Part shown: positions 9,829-20,341 of the stretch, in pieces
How positions within the stretch are numbered: the stretch's first letter is position 1
Layout: each line of letters starts with the position of its first letter
Translations under genes and position numbers: made by a program
Origin: an uncultured Desulfobacterales bacterium
GTDB lineage: Bacteria > Desulfobacterota > DSM-4660 > Desulfatiglandales > JALVZP01
Assembly (NCBI GenBank): GCA_964393645.1
Contig: CAYMUI010000056.1
Location: 1 to 62,338, forward strand
Direction: 5' to 3'
Length of the DNA: 62,338 nt
Notes under the pieces: generated by a model
Database searches by the model: none
What the model was told of the DNA's origin: nothing
Seen by the model: only the letters and a program-made list of their open reading frames with translations

Positions 9829-10912
9829 TTAAAAGTATTCCTATCTCCAGCATACTGAAAAGCAGAGAAGATCCTCCGTAACTTAAAAGAGGAAGAGTTA
9901 TACCTTTTGATGGCATAAGGTTCATTACAACCCCCATATTTATCAGGATCTGGATTCCAAGCATACAGCTTATCCCAAATGCCAAGTACTTATTGAAAAG
10001 ATTTTTGGTGTCTATGGCAATCTTTATTCCTTTAGCAATCACGATCATATAAAGCAGAATAATAACAAAGACTCCTACAAAACCTACTTCCTCTGCAATA
10101 ACAGAAAGTATAAAGTCTGTATGAGGCTCTGGCAAATAAAACAGCTTTTGTTTCCCGGCTCCAAGTCCAACTCCGAATATCCCGCCTACGCCAAAGGCAT
10201 AAAGAGAGTGGATCGTTTGAAACCCATAGGTGTCAGCATATTTCCAAGGATTTCTGAATGCTTCCCATCTGTGAACAACATATGAGGAATGAGAAAAAAG
10301 ATACACTCCAACAGGAACGATAACAGCTAACACCAAAAAAAGTTGAAAAGGATTTGCACCGCCCACAAAGAGCATTATAAAAAGCCAAGCACCTATCATT
10401 ACCACAGAACCGTGGTCAGGCTGCTTCAATATCAACGCCATCACCAAACCAGCTACAATCAGATGGTGGAGAATACCTCTTTTAAAAGATCTCATTTCCA
10501 GACACTTATCAGCCATAGAATATGCCATATAAACGCAAAGAGAAAATTTTGCCATCTCAGTAGGTTGAAAAGAAAAACCAAATGCCCTGATCCACCTTCT
10601 TGCACCGTTTACAGTGTGTCCTATAAAAAAAAGAGAAATCAAAGCACAGAGGCTTAAAAAAAACAGTCCTAAAACCACTTTTCTGTTAGAGAGTAAGTCC
10701 AACGGAAGCAACATTCCGGTTATCATAACGATGAGGCCTAAAAGACAAAATAAAGACTGTCTCTTCAAATACATATATGGATCACCAAATCTGTATAGAG
10801 CCAGGTTTGAACTGGCACTGTACACAAAAATAAGACCTGTACATATGAGTAGAAAAACGCAGATAAGTAATATGTAGTCGTATTGAGGAGCTTTATCGTT
10901 GATCCCTGTCAT
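9809..10912 (-). CDS. ftsW: SEDS family peptidoglycan polymerase FtsW
   Basis: GARRWI, FQPTEMAK, LKQPDHG, LPEPHTDFI, GITLPLLSYGGSS; dcw position. Confidence 0.96.
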   Translation of the reverse strand: MTGINDKAPQYDYILLICVFLLICTGLIFVYSASSNLALYRFGDPYMYLKRQSLFCLLGLIVMITGMLLPLDLLSNRKVVLGLFFLSLCALISLFFIGHTVNGARRWIRAFGFSFQPTEMAKFSLCVYMAYSMADKCLEMRSFKRGILHHLIVAGLVMALILKQPDHGSVVMIGAWLFIMLFVGGANPFQLFLVLAVIVPVGVYLFSHSSYVVHRWEAFRNPWKYADTYGFQTIHSLYAFGVGGIFGVGLGAGKQKLFYLPEPHTDFILSVIAEEVGFVGVFVIILLYMIVIAKGIKIAIDTKNLFNKYLAFGISCMLGIQILINMGVVMNLMPSKGITLPLLSYGGSSLLFSMLEIGILLNVSSKR

Positions 10913-12276
10913 TTCAAAATTCCTGTGCTAAAAGCTCTTTTTACGGCTTCTTTAAACACCTCTCCTCTGTGAGAGTAATCTTTAAACATATCAAAACTGG
11001 CACATGCAGGGGAAAGTAAAACAACATCTCCTTTTTTTGCTTTGGAAATAGCTTTAAGTACTGCGTCTTGCATATCAGATGCTATCTCAGTGCTTATTCC
11101 TCTATTTTCAAACTCCACAGACATGTGGCAGGCACTTTCACCAATAAATACCGCGTGTTTTACTCTATGTCTTACTTTTTCTGCCAATTGGGAAAAATCG
11201 AGTCCTTTATCTTTTCCGCCCGCAATAAGAATTACAGGCCTTTTAATGCCTTCTACAGCTTTTACAGTGGAATCTATGTTGGTTGCCTTTGAGTCGTCTA
11301 CAAACATGATCCCGTCTTTTTGAAAAATTAGCTCCAATCTGTGAGGAAGAGGTTTGAAGCTTCTGATCGCACTCTGGATTACTTCCTTTTTTATCTTAAA
11401 GATACAAGCAACAAGAAGCACGGGCATAGTGTTTACTACATTGTGCTCTCCTAAAAGAGGTATATCTGTTATAGGAAAATCTTCTTTCACACCGTTAAAG
11501 CGAATCTTTATAAACTCCCTTTCCAAAAAAGCGGCTCTGCTCTGTCTTTCTTCTACTCCAAATCTGAGGGATTTTACCCTTTTGTTTTTTATTTGAGAAA
11601 GTACAGGATCATCATCGTTTAGGATCAGAAAACTGTTTTCCCTCTGATTCTGAAATATCTTGAGTTTACTGTTTACATAGTGCTGAAAGCTCTTGTGCCT
11701 GTCTAAGTGGTCAGGACTTATATTCAAAATTATTGATATAAAAGGGCAAAAATCTCTCACGCTTTCCAACTGAAAACTGCTTACCTCCAAAACCACTAAC
11801 TCCCATTTATGATCTTCAAGAAGACTCGAGATAAAAGGTTTGCCCAGATTTCCTCCTACAAACACCTTTTTTCCTGATCGCTGAAGCACATGTGCTATCA
11901 TACTCGTAACAGTAGATTTTCCATTTGTTCCTGTAACAGCTATTATAGGCCAAGGACAGAATCTGTAGGCAAGTTCTATCTCTCCTATTACCTCCACCCC
12001 GTAGGCTCTGGCTTTTTTGATAACATCTAAGTCTAAGGGCACACCAGGACTTAATATCAGAAGGTCTGAATTAAAGATTGTCCTTTCGTCATATCCTCCC
12101 GTCCTTATGTGGCACCCTGACCGCTGTAATTCATGTAGGTACTCTTTTTTGAGCTCTCTTTCTTCTCTTATGTCGTTTATATAAACATCTGCCCCTTCTT
12201 TTTTTAAAAAAAGCCCTGTGTAGAATCCTGTAATTCCCAACCCTATTACAGAAACCTTCTTGCCCGAAAGCCTCAT
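10909..12276 (-). CDS. murD: UDP-MurNAc-Ala--D-glutamate ligase
   Basis: SPGVP, TGTNGKSTVT, GGNLG, LEVSSFQLE, DDSKATN, LSPACASFDMF. Confidence 0.98.
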   Translation of the reverse strand: MRLSGKKVSVIGLGITGFYTGLFLKKEGADVYINDIREERELKKEYLHELQRSGCHIRTGGYDERTIFNSDLLILSPGVPLDLDVIKKARAYGVEVIGEIELAYRFCPWPIIAVTGTNGKSTVTSMIAHVLQRSGKKVFVGGNLGKPFISSLLEDHKWELVVLEVSSFQLESVRDFCPFISIILNISPDHLDRHKSFQHYVNSKLKIFQNQRENSFLILNDDDPVLSQIKNKRVKSLRFGVEERQSRAAFLEREFIKIRFNGVKEDFPITDIPLLGEHNVVNTMPVLLVACIFKIKKEVIQSAIRSFKPLPHRLELIFQKDGIMFVDDSKATNIDSTVKAVEGIKRPVILIAGGKDKGLDFSQLAEKVRHRVKHAVFIGESACHMSVEFENRGISTEIASDMQDAVLKAISKAKKGDVVLLSPACASFDMFKDYSHRGEVFKEAVKRAFSTGILK

Positions 12277-12278
12277 CT

Positions 12279-13358
12279 TTACCTGAGCTTTAGCGTGCTA
12301 AGTCCTAAGAGGGCTAAGATAATGGATATTATCCAAAACCTAACTATTACCTTGGGCTCTGGCCATCCTTTTAATTCAAAGTGGTGATGTATGGGAGCCA
12401 TACGAAATATTCTTTTTCCACCCGTAATCTTAAAATAAAGAACCTGGAATATAACCGAAACGGTTTCGATTACAAAGATTCCGCCTATTATGATAAAAAT
12501 TATCTCCTGTTTTGTTATAACCGCCACAGTACCCAAAGCTGCACCTAAGGAAAGGGAACCCACATCTCCCATGAATACTTCAGCAGGATAAGCATTATAC
12601 CAAAGGAATCCCAATCCCGCACCTATAATCGCTCCGCAAAACACACTCAACTCACCAGCTCCTGCAATATAAGGAATGTGAAGATAAGAAGCGATTATTT
12701 TGTGACCAGCTACATAAGAGAAGATCAAATAACAACCAAAAGCCACTATAAGAGGACTTATAGCCAGACCGTCCAGTCCATCTGTAAGATTTACTGCGTT
12801 AGAGCTTGCCACTATAACAAACCCCATAAACAGGATGTAAAAAGTACCAAGATCAGGATGAACAGTCTTAAAAAAAGGGACATACAGATGATGATCAAAT
12901 CCTTTTACACGGAAAATAAGATAAGAGATCAAAAGAGAAAAAATACACTGTCCCACAAATTTAGCCTTTGCACTAAGCCCTTTGTTATTTTTTCTTTTTA
13001 TTTTTAAATAGTCGTCAATAAACCCTATTATTCCAAAAAGCACGAGCACAGACGAGCATAACAGTATATAAGGATTTTTGAAGTCTGCCCAAAGAAGTGT
13101 AGAAAACAACACCACCAGTATAATTAAAATACCCCCCATAGTAGGGGTTCCTTGCTTTGAGATGTGATTAGGAGGTCCGTCCTCCTGAATATACTGACCC
13201 ACTTGCATTCGTTTTAAAAGCTCTATCACTCTTTTGCCCAGAAGCAGAAACAAGATAAGTGCGGTAAGGGTGGCAAGAATGGTTCTAAAAGTTATGTATC
13301 TGAACACATTAAGCCACGAAATCTCACCGTGAAACATGTATATGAGTTTGTAAAGCAT
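12279..13358 (-). CDS. mraY: Phospho-N-acetylmuramoyl-pentapeptide transferase
   Basis: [41 protein letters not shown]. Confidence 0.99.
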   Translation of the reverse strand: MLYKLIYMFHGEISWLNVFRYITFRTILATLTALILFLLLGKRVIELLKRMQVGQYIQEDGPPNHISKQGTPTMGGILIILVVLFSTLLWADFKNPYILLCSSVLVLFGIIGFIDDYLKIKRKNNKGLSAKAKFVGQCIFSLLISYLIFRVKGFDHHLYVPFFKTVHPDLGTFYILFMGFVIVASSNAVNLTDGLDGLAISPLIVAFGCYLIFSYVAGHKIIASYLHIPYIAGAGELSVFCGAIIGAGLGFLWYNAYPAEVFMGDVGSLSLGAALGTVAVITKQEIIFIIIGGIFVIETVSVIFQVLYFKITGGKRIFRMAPIHHHFELKGWPEPKVIVRFWIISIILALLGLSTLKLR

Positions 13359-14774
13359 TTATGTCTTCCTTCCAAACTTGTTCAGCAGGTATTCTGATAC
13401 CTTATCCAAGGAAACCGCTCTGGATGCCTTTAAAAAAACCAAAATGCGCTTGTCTTGACTTAGCCTTTTCTCTATTTCATAGCACATCTGTTCCGGGCTA
13501 CTACTTATAACGAGCTTTTCTTTTGGCATTCCAGCATCCTGAGCACCTTTTATCATTTGTTCAGAAAAGTTTCCGGTTACTATAAAAAAATCTGGTTTAA
13601 GCTCAGCAACCATCTTCCCAGCTTCCCGATGTGCCTGTTCGCTGTAGTCCCCAAGCTCCAGCATATCGCCTAAGCCGACAAACAGCTTCCTTCCTTCTCT
13701 TATATAAGAGATGGACTTAAGTGCTGCCTTTAAAGAAACTGGATTGGCATTATAAGTGTCGTCAATTAGTATACTCTCATCTACAAGACTTATCACCTGA
13801 AATCTGCCTTTCACACCTTTATAGTCAAGGAGACCTTTTTTTATCTCTTCTTCGCTCATGCCCATATAAAGAGAAACAGCAGAGGCTATTAAGGCATTCA
13901 TGGTATTGTGTAATCCTGCAATGTTCAGTTTTAGAGCCAACCTTTTGTCTCCCCAGACCATACTGAAATCTACACCCAAGTTTTCATTAACATGTGCATT
14001 TTCAAGTATGATGTCATTCTTTTTGTCTTTTCCAAACCTTATTGTCTTTTTAGAAAACCTGAGCACCTCTTTCATTAGCAAGGCATTGTCTCCATTTACA
14101 AATAATACCCCTCTTTCTGGAAGCATCTTGGCCAGCTCCGCCTTGGCTTGGGCTACTCCTTTTATATCCTTTACACCTTCAAGGTGAACCGGGCCTATAT
14201 TTGTTATTATTCCAATGTCTGGATTTGCTATCTGAGTAAGTCTTGCTATTTCACCGGCTCTGTTCATTCCCATCTCTAACACCGCTATTGAATGCAGTTT
14301 GTCGAGCTTCAGTAGAGATATGGGCAATCCTATCAAGTTATTGTAATTACCAGGATTTTTTAATACATTGTATCTTTGGGATAATATACTAAAGAGCATT
14401 TCCTTAGTAGTGGTCTTGCCACTGCTTCCGGTAACAACAATTACTTTTACCTTATGTTTATCCCTCCAATACCTTGCCAAGTCCCCAAGTGCTTTCAGGC
14501 TGTCTTTTACTGATATAACCACTTTGTCCCTGCCCTCTGTTTTTTTGAGAATCTCATCTACATAACGATCTTCCACAATTGCTCCAAAAGCACCTTTATT
14601 CAGAGCTGAGAGCACAAAATCGTGTCCGTCAAATCTGTGCCCTTTTATCGCCCAGAACAAATCTCCTTTTTTGATTCTTCTGGAATCTATACATACATCT
14701 TTAAACACAAGCTCTTCGTTGCCTTTTCTTATCACTCCTGATACTGCTTGCTCAACTTCCTTAGCACTTAGCAT
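13359..14774 (-). CDS. murF: UDP-MurNAc-tripeptide--D-Ala-D-Ala ligase
   Basis: IDSRRI, TGSSGKTTTKE, LEMGMN, IDDTYNANP, GDMLELG, KASR. Confidence 0.98.
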   Translation of the reverse strand: MLSAKEVEQAVSGVIRKGNEELVFKDVCIDSRRIKKGDLFWAIKGHRFDGHDFVLSALNKGAFGAIVEDRYVDEILKKTEGRDKVVISVKDSLKALGDLARYWRDKHKVKVIVVTGSSGKTTTKEMLFSILSQRYNVLKNPGNYNNLIGLPISLLKLDKLHSIAVLEMGMNRAGEIARLTQIANPDIGIITNIGPVHLEGVKDIKGVAQAKAELAKMLPERGVLFVNGDNALLMKEVLRFSKKTIRFGKDKKNDIILENAHVNENLGVDFSMVWGDKRLALKLNIAGLHNTMNALIASAVSLYMGMSEEEIKKGLLDYKGVKGRFQVISLVDESILIDDTYNANPVSLKAALKSISYIREGRKLFVGLGDMLELGDYSEQAHREAGKMVAELKPDFFIVTGNFSEQMIKGAQDAGMPKEKLVISSSPEQMCYEIEKRLSQDKRILVFLKASRAVSLDKVSEYLLNKFGRKT

Positions 14775-16233
14775 ACGAGTTTTTAAGACTTAACATATGT
14801 TTTACTACAGCTTTATCATCAAAAGGAATCTTTTTGTCGCCAATAATCTGATACTTCTCATGCCCTTTTCCTGCCACAAGGATCACATCTTCATCCTTAG
14901 CTATATCTATGGCTTTTTTTATTGCATCCTCTCTTTTTACTTCCAACAGATAATGAGAGTCCTTTATTTGCCTTACCCCTTTTTCTATCTGCTTCATGAT
15001 AGAGAACGGATCTTCAGATCTGGGATTATCAGATGTGATAATTACAAAATCGCTGTACATAGCGGCTACTTTTCCCATTTCTTCTCTTTTTCCTTTGTCT
15101 CTGTCCCCACCACATCCAAACACGGTAATTATCCTTTTATCGAACAAAGACCTTAAGGTGTCTAAAACCTTAAAAAGGGCGTCTGGAGTATGAGCATAAT
15201 CAATAACGACAAAAGGAGAACCTGGATTTTTTATCAACTCCATTCTTCCCGGCACCCTATTAAGACTGTTTATTCCTTCCCGAATATACGATGGCTCTAT
15301 ACCCAAACAGTAACTTACTCCTGCTGAGGCAAGAATGTTGTAAAGGTTAAATCTTCCTAAAAGCGGAGAACAAATTCTTACGCTTTCATTAGGCAGTAAT
15401 ATCTCAGCCTTAATTCCCTGTCTGTTTATGTGAACATTTTTAGCTCTAATATCTCCGTCTTTCAGACCATAGCTTATTACAACACTGTCTTTTATTTCCT
15501 TTATTAAAAGCCGTCCAAAAGGATCGTCCAAGTTTATTACACAAAAAGATGGATTATACTCTAAGAAAAGCTTCTTTTTTGCATTAAAGTATTCCTGAAT
15601 AGAACCGTGATAGTCCAGATGATCTCTGGTTATGTTTGTAAAAACAGCCACTTTAAATGGACAGTCAATCACTCTTTCCTGCACGAGACTGTGAGAAGAG
15701 ACTTCCATGACCACATATTCTACACTGTTATCTGACATATCTCTAAGTATATTCATAAGCTCCAAAGATTCGGGAGTGGTCATATCTGCTTTAAATTCCT
15801 TTCCGCAGAATCTGTAACTTACAGTTCCTATGACCCCGACTTCTTTATGAGAACTCTTCAGTATGGACTCTATAAGATAGCTTGTAGTTGTTTTGCCATT
15901 TGTTCCTGTAATGCCGATTATATTCATTCTTTTTAAGCAAGGATTGAAAAAGTTCACAGCTAAATGTGAGAGCGCCCTTTTTGTGTTCTTCACTCTTATC
16001 ACCGGAACAGACAAATTTAAATCAGGTATGGTTTCCACTACCAAAGCTGATGCCCCTTTTACTAAAGCCTCTTCTATGAAGCTGTGTCCGTCTAAATGAT
16101 TGCCTCTGAGGGCTACAAAGAGCTCTCCCTTTCTAAGCTTTCTGGTATCGTAAGATATACCTTTGACTTCTCTTTCGAGACTGCCTCGAGATTCTAATAC
16201 TTCTAATCCCTGGATCAAATCTTTTATCTTCAT
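14761..16233 (-). CDS. murE: UDP-MurNAc-dipeptide--meso-DAP ligase
   Basis: GITGTNGKTTT, MEVSSH, DYAHTPDA, FGCGGDRD, DNPR (DAP-specific motif), AGKGHE. Confidence 0.98.
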   Translation of the reverse strand: MKIKDLIQGLEVLESRGSLEREVKGISYDTRKLRKGELFVALRGNHLDGHSFIEEALVKGASALVVETIPDLNLSVPVIRVKNTKRALSHLAVNFFNPCLKRMNIIGITGTNGKTTTSYLIESILKSSHKEVGVIGTVSYRFCGKEFKADMTTPESLELMNILRDMSDNSVEYVVMEVSSHSLVQERVIDCPFKVAVFTNITRDHLDYHGSIQEYFNAKKKLFLEYNPSFCVINLDDPFGRLLIKEIKDSVVISYGLKDGDIRAKNVHINRQGIKAEILLPNESVRICSPLLGRFNLYNILASAGVSYCLGIEPSYIREGINSLNRVPGRMELIKNPGSPFVVIDYAHTPDALFKVLDTLRSLFDKRIITVFGCGGDRDKGKREEMGKVAAMYSDFVIITSDNPRSEDPFSIMKQIEKGVRQIKDSHYLLEVKREDAIKKAIDIAKDEDVILVAGKGHEKYQIIGDKKIPFDDKAVVKHMLSLKNSYAKC

Positions 16234-16237
16234 AACT

Positions 16238-18172
16238 TTAATAAACAGGTCTAAAATATATGATCAGCTTCTTTATCTTTTTTAGAGGAACGCCAGCTTT
16301 TGGATACTGTTTAAAAGCATATCCGTGCCCTTTGATGATGACTTTTATGTTGTAGTGTGAGATAGTTTTTACAACTTCTCTCATGCTCATTCCTGAAAAA
16401 TCGGGCAAAATCCCATCCATTACGATGTCTTTTTTTTCTACCCGAAGTCTTTTTTCGTTTTTAACAAAGACAAAAGGACTCTGTTTGTTTTTGGGCAGTA
16501 CACCTAAGTAAACAAGAGTCCACTTAGCAATCTCTCTAAACACCGGCGCCGCTACGATCCCTGCGTAGTGAGACTTTTTTGGTTCATCTATCATAACCAG
16601 CACCAAAATCTTAGGTTTGTCTGCTGGAACAAAACCTACAAATGTGGCTATGTATTTTTTATTGGAATACTTTCCTGTAACAGGATCTACTTTTTGGGCA
16701 GTTCCTGTCTTTCCAGCCACTTCAAATCCTTCTATCCTTGCCTCTGGTGCAGTACCACGCTGGCTTACTACCAGTTTCATCATCTCTATTAACTGCTGTG
16801 AGGTCTTTTTAGAGATCACCCTTCTTCTCACTTTTGGAGAGAATCTCTTTATTATGTTTCCGTTTTTATCCCTTATCTCTTTTACAATGTAAGGTCTTAA
16901 CAAAAGTCCACCATTTGCAATAGCACACATAGCGGTGGCAAGCTGAATGGAGGTCACACTTATCCCTTGACCGAAAAACAGAGTTGCCTGATCAACAGGT
17001 CTGTTATCACCCACTTCCCTTATCCAACCGGTTCTCTCTCCCAAAAGATCTACCCCGGTTTTTTCACCAAAGCCAAACTTTCTCAAGTACTCACAAAACT
17101 TATGATAACCAAGTTTCTCCCCTATTTTTATTGCACCAATGTTGCTGGAAACCATTATTATCTCTGATACCGAAAGTCTTTTATACTTGTGGGTATCATG
17201 AATAACATGCGTGCCTATCCTGTAGGCACCATTTTCACAAAAAAATACCGACCTCGGACTAACAACTCCTTCTTCTATAGCTGCTGCTACCAAAAACGGC
17301 TTTATTACAGAACCAGGTTCGTAGCAATCAGTAACTGTCCTGTTTCTCCAAAAAGACGGACTGTACTTGGTAAACATGTTGGGATTAAATTCAGGTATAA
17401 CCGCCATTGCCAATATCTGACCGGTATACGGATCCATAACTATGCATTGCGCAGATTTAGCCCCACTTTTTTTAACAGCTTTTCTTAACACCTCTTGCAC
17501 CTTAAACTGGATTTCTCTGTCTATGGTAAGAAAAATGTCCTTTGGGCATCCATTAGAAAACTCTTTTATCAGTATAGGTCTTTTGAGTGCATCCTTTATC
17601 TCAACAAGCTTTGTCTTTGGGACAGACAGAATGCTATCGTATTTCCTCTCTATCCCCTCCAATCCATTATTATCAACACCAACGAATCCTATTACATGCG
17701 AGGCAAGTTCTCTTGCAGGGTAATATCTTCTTATCTCTCTTTTAATCCCCACCCCTTTTATTCTGCTCTTAAGCACTTCTGCTGCCAATTCATCCGGAAC
17801 TTTTCTTTTTATCCAGACAAACGGGCTTTTTTTACAAAGATCTCTGTATATAGATCTCCAGCTTTGTCCTGTAATCCGGGCTAATACACGAGCTGTTTTT
17901 TTCTTGTCCTCAATCAGAGACGGCCTCGCGTATATAGAGCTTACACGAACACTTATAGCTAACGGGTTACCGTTTCTGTCAAATATTGTTCCTCTTTTGG
18001 ATAAAGAAACTTTCGTCTTTGCAAAATCTCTTTGAGCTTTCTTTTTTAAAAATTCAGAGTCTATAACCTGAAGTTGATAAGCTCTAAGAATTACCCTTAA
18101 AAATGCAAGCAGAAATATCACCATAATAAAATACATTTTGTATCCTACAGCGTCTTTGTTAAAAAGCTTCAT
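16238..18172 (-). CDS. ftsI: Penicillin-binding protein 3 with C-terminal PASTA domain
   Basis: RGTIFDRNG, YEPGSVIKP (SxxK), SSN, KTGTAQ, C-terminal PDFSGMSMRE. Confidence 0.96.
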   Translation of the reverse strand: MKLFNKDAVGYKMYFIMVIFLLAFLRVILRAYQLQVIDSEFLKKKAQRDFAKTKVSLSKRGTIFDRNGNPLAISVRVSSIYARPSLIEDKKKTARVLARITGQSWRSIYRDLCKKSPFVWIKRKVPDELAAEVLKSRIKGVGIKREIRRYYPARELASHVIGFVGVDNNGLEGIERKYDSILSVPKTKLVEIKDALKRPILIKEFSNGCPKDIFLTIDREIQFKVQEVLRKAVKKSGAKSAQCIVMDPYTGQILAMAVIPEFNPNMFTKYSPSFWRNRTVTDCYEPGSVIKPFLVAAAIEEGVVSPRSVFFCENGAYRIGTHVIHDTHKYKRLSVSEIIMVSSNIGAIKIGEKLGYHKFCEYLRKFGFGEKTGVDLLGERTGWIREVGDNRPVDQATLFFGQGISVTSIQLATAMCAIANGGLLLRPYIVKEIRDKNGNIIKRFSPKVRRRVISKKTSQQLIEMMKLVVSQRGTAPEARIEGFEVAGKTGTAQKVDPVTGKYSNKKYIATFVGFVPADKPKILVLVMIDEPKKSHYAGIVAAPVFREIAKWTLVYLGVLPKNKQSPFVFVKNEKRLRVEKKDIVMDGILPDFSGMSMREVVKTISHYNIKVIIKGHGYAFKQYPKAGVPLKKIKKLIIYFRPVY

Positions 18173-18516
18173 TTCAGCCTTATAATCTGATCAGGGTCTG
18201 GATGTTTGAGACCAAACCTTTCCCGTGCTATTTTCTCAAGCCTTTGAGGAGACTTTAACACGGAAATCTCAAGCCTAAGCTTTTTATTCAGCTCTTGAAG
18301 TCTTAACTCTTCCTTTTTCAATCTGATTATCCTGTACTTAAGCTGGATCTGTTTGTTACTCAGATAAAGGTATGTCAGACCGCAAACAGCAATCAGAATA
18401 ACAGCAACAAATACCTGAAGCTTATGTCTCCACAAAAAAGAGCTTTTTCTTGTTCTTGGTTTGGCTTTTATTACTATATTTCTCGCATTATTTAATCTGC
18501 GTTTTTTCTTGTTCAT
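18169..18516 (-). CDS. ftsL: Cell division protein FtsL
   Basis: One TM segment, coiled coil, LKSPQRLEKIARERFGL; between rsmH and ftsI. Confidence 0.88.
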   Translation of the reverse strand: MNKKKRRLNNARNIVIKAKPRTRKSSFLWRHKLQVFVAVILIAVCGLTYLYLSNKQIQLKYRIIRLKKEELRLQELNKKLRLEISVLKSPQRLEKIARERFGLKHPDPDQIIRLK

Positions 18517-19436
18517 AACTTTTCTATTACCCGTAATATGGCACTTCTCGATCTTGGATTTTGCTGAACTTCTGATTCATCTGGCTTTATTCCTTTCTTA
18601 ACCGTCCTCCTCATCAAGGGCTTCTTTCCACATACACAATACGGAATCCAGCGAGGGCAGGTACACGGATTTTCCCACTTTTTTATATATTCCTTAACAA
18701 GCCTGTCTTCTAAGGAATGATAAGATATGATTAAAAGCCTTCCCCCTTTCTTTAACAAATCAGGAGCCTTTTCCAAGAAGGCTTTGAGATTTTCCAGCTC
18801 TCTATTTACTGCTATCCTCAGCGCCTGAAAAGTCTTCGTGGCAGGATGTCTCCTTCTTTCTTTGTCCTGAACAGCTGAAGAGATTATGTTTGCCAGTCTG
18901 AGAGAACTTTCAATCGGACTTTTTTTTCTTTCTCTTATTATTGCTCTGGCTATCAAACGGGCTTTTCTTTCTTCTCCATATTCTTTAATTATTCTTGAAA
19001 GTTCAAATTCGGAAAGATTGTTTACTAAATCCTTTGCCTTAACAGGCTGTTGCGGATCCATCCTCATGTCCAAAGGCTCATCTTTCATAAAGCTAAAACC
19101 CCTTCCAGAATCCTCAAGTTGCATAGAAGACATTCCCAGATCTAATAAAATTCCATCCACTTCTTCTATTCCCTCATTTTTTAAAACAACATCCATGTCT
19201 TTGTAGTTTGCCTTTATAACCTTGACGCACTTATAAGGAGAAAGTCTTCTCTTACTAAAAGCTACTGCTTCTGGATCCTGATCAATACATATAAGCTTTC
19301 CGCCTCTTTGACAAACGAGCTGAGCAATAGCCTCTGAATGACCACCACTGCCTACAGTCCCGTCCACATATATCCCTTGTTCATCCCTTACGAGAAATTC
19401 TATGACCTTTTCAAGTAATACTGGTGTATGAATCAT
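18513..19436 (-). CDS. rsmH: 16S rRNA m4C1402 methyltransferase
   Basis: HTPVLL, DGTVGSGGHS, DLGMSSMQ, PLDMRMD, HPATKTFQALRIAVN, SYHSLEDR, NPRSRSA. Confidence 0.98.
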   Translation of the reverse strand: MIHTPVLLEKVIEFLVRDEQGIYVDGTVGSGGHSEAIAQLVCQRGGKLICIDQDPEAVAFSKRRLSPYKCVKVIKANYKDMDVVLKNEGIEEVDGILLDLGMSSMQLEDSGRGFSFMKDEPLDMRMDPQQPVKAKDLVNNLSEFELSRIIKEYGEERKARLIARAIIRERKKSPIESSLRLANIISSAVQDKERRRHPATKTFQALRIAVNRELENLKAFLEKAPDLLKKGGRLLIISYHSLEDRLVKEYIKKWENPCTCPRWIPYCVCGKKPLMRRTVKKGIKPDESEVQQNPRSRSAILRVIEKL

Positions 19437-20341
19437 ATAAACCCATTCGCATAAAAACTAAAATAATCCTGTTTATTTTTTCCGATTATGATATGATCCA
19501 GCAGTCTTATTCCTACAATCTCACATGCCTTCTTTATCCTGTTCGTAATGTCTATGTCTTGGCTGGACGGGTAAGGATCGCCAGAAGGATGATTGTGAAC
19601 CAAAATTATCCCGGAAGCAGATCTTATACTTGCTTCCTTTATTATCTCTTTTGGTTCAACAATACTTGTATTTGTACCCCCTTTACTTATTTCTAAGTTA
19701 CACAAAGGGTGATTCTTGGTGTCTACAAGAACCACATAAAAAAATTCCTTTTTTGCGTCTCTAAGGTATGGAAAATACCAGCGAATCACATAATCTATCA
19801 CCTCTTTCGGACTCTTTACACTTGCTTTCCTTTCTGCCTCCTCTCTTAAAAGCCTCTTTCCCAGTTCAAAAGCAGCTTTTATCTGAACAGCCTTTACTAT
19901 ACCCACACCCTCTATTTTACAAAGATCGGTTATAGGGGCTGAGTCAAGTTCTCTCAGGGTCTTGAACTTGTTTAATATCCTTTTGGAAAGCTCCTCGGCA
20001 CTGACACCTTCCTTTCCTGTTCTAAGTATTATTGCCAACAGTTTTGATATCGGGAGTCTCTCTGCTCCGTACTTTAGAAGCATTTCTCTGGGTCTTTCTT
20101 CCTCTATCCATTCCTTAATAGGCACATTTTTGTCACATCTTTCACCCATCCTTTTTACTTGCTCTCTTATACGCAGACAATCTGTCCTGTCTTTAATGTC
20201 AAGCAGTTTTATTATATGTTCTTGTTCCTCTTTACTTAACTTTACTTTTGAAGATCTGAGAAATACATTCCCTTTTTTGCTTATCATGGGATATATCTTA
20301 TTTTGAGCCATATACTTTATAAGTTCTCTTTTGTCATTCAT
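19433..20341 (-). CDS. radC: RadC (JAB/MPN domain) protein with an extra ~70-aa N-terminal segment
   Basis: ERPRE, LLAIILRTG, KAVQIKAAFELGKR, HNHPSGDPYPSSQD, LLDHIIIG. Confidence 0.93.
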   Translation of the reverse strand: MNDKRELIKYMAQNKIYPMISKKGNVFLRSSKVKLSKEEQEHIIKLLDIKDRTDCLRIREQVKRMGERCDKNVPIKEWIEEERPREMLLKYGAERLPISKLLAIILRTGKEGVSAEELSKRILNKFKTLRELDSAPITDLCKIEGVGIVKAVQIKAAFELGKRLLREEAERKASVKSPKEVIDYVIRWYFPYLRDAKKEFFYVVLVDTKNHPLCNLEISKGGTNTSIVEPKEIIKEASIRSASGIILVHNHPSGDPYPSSQDIDITNRIKKACEIVGIRLLDHIIIGKNKQDYFSFYANGFI

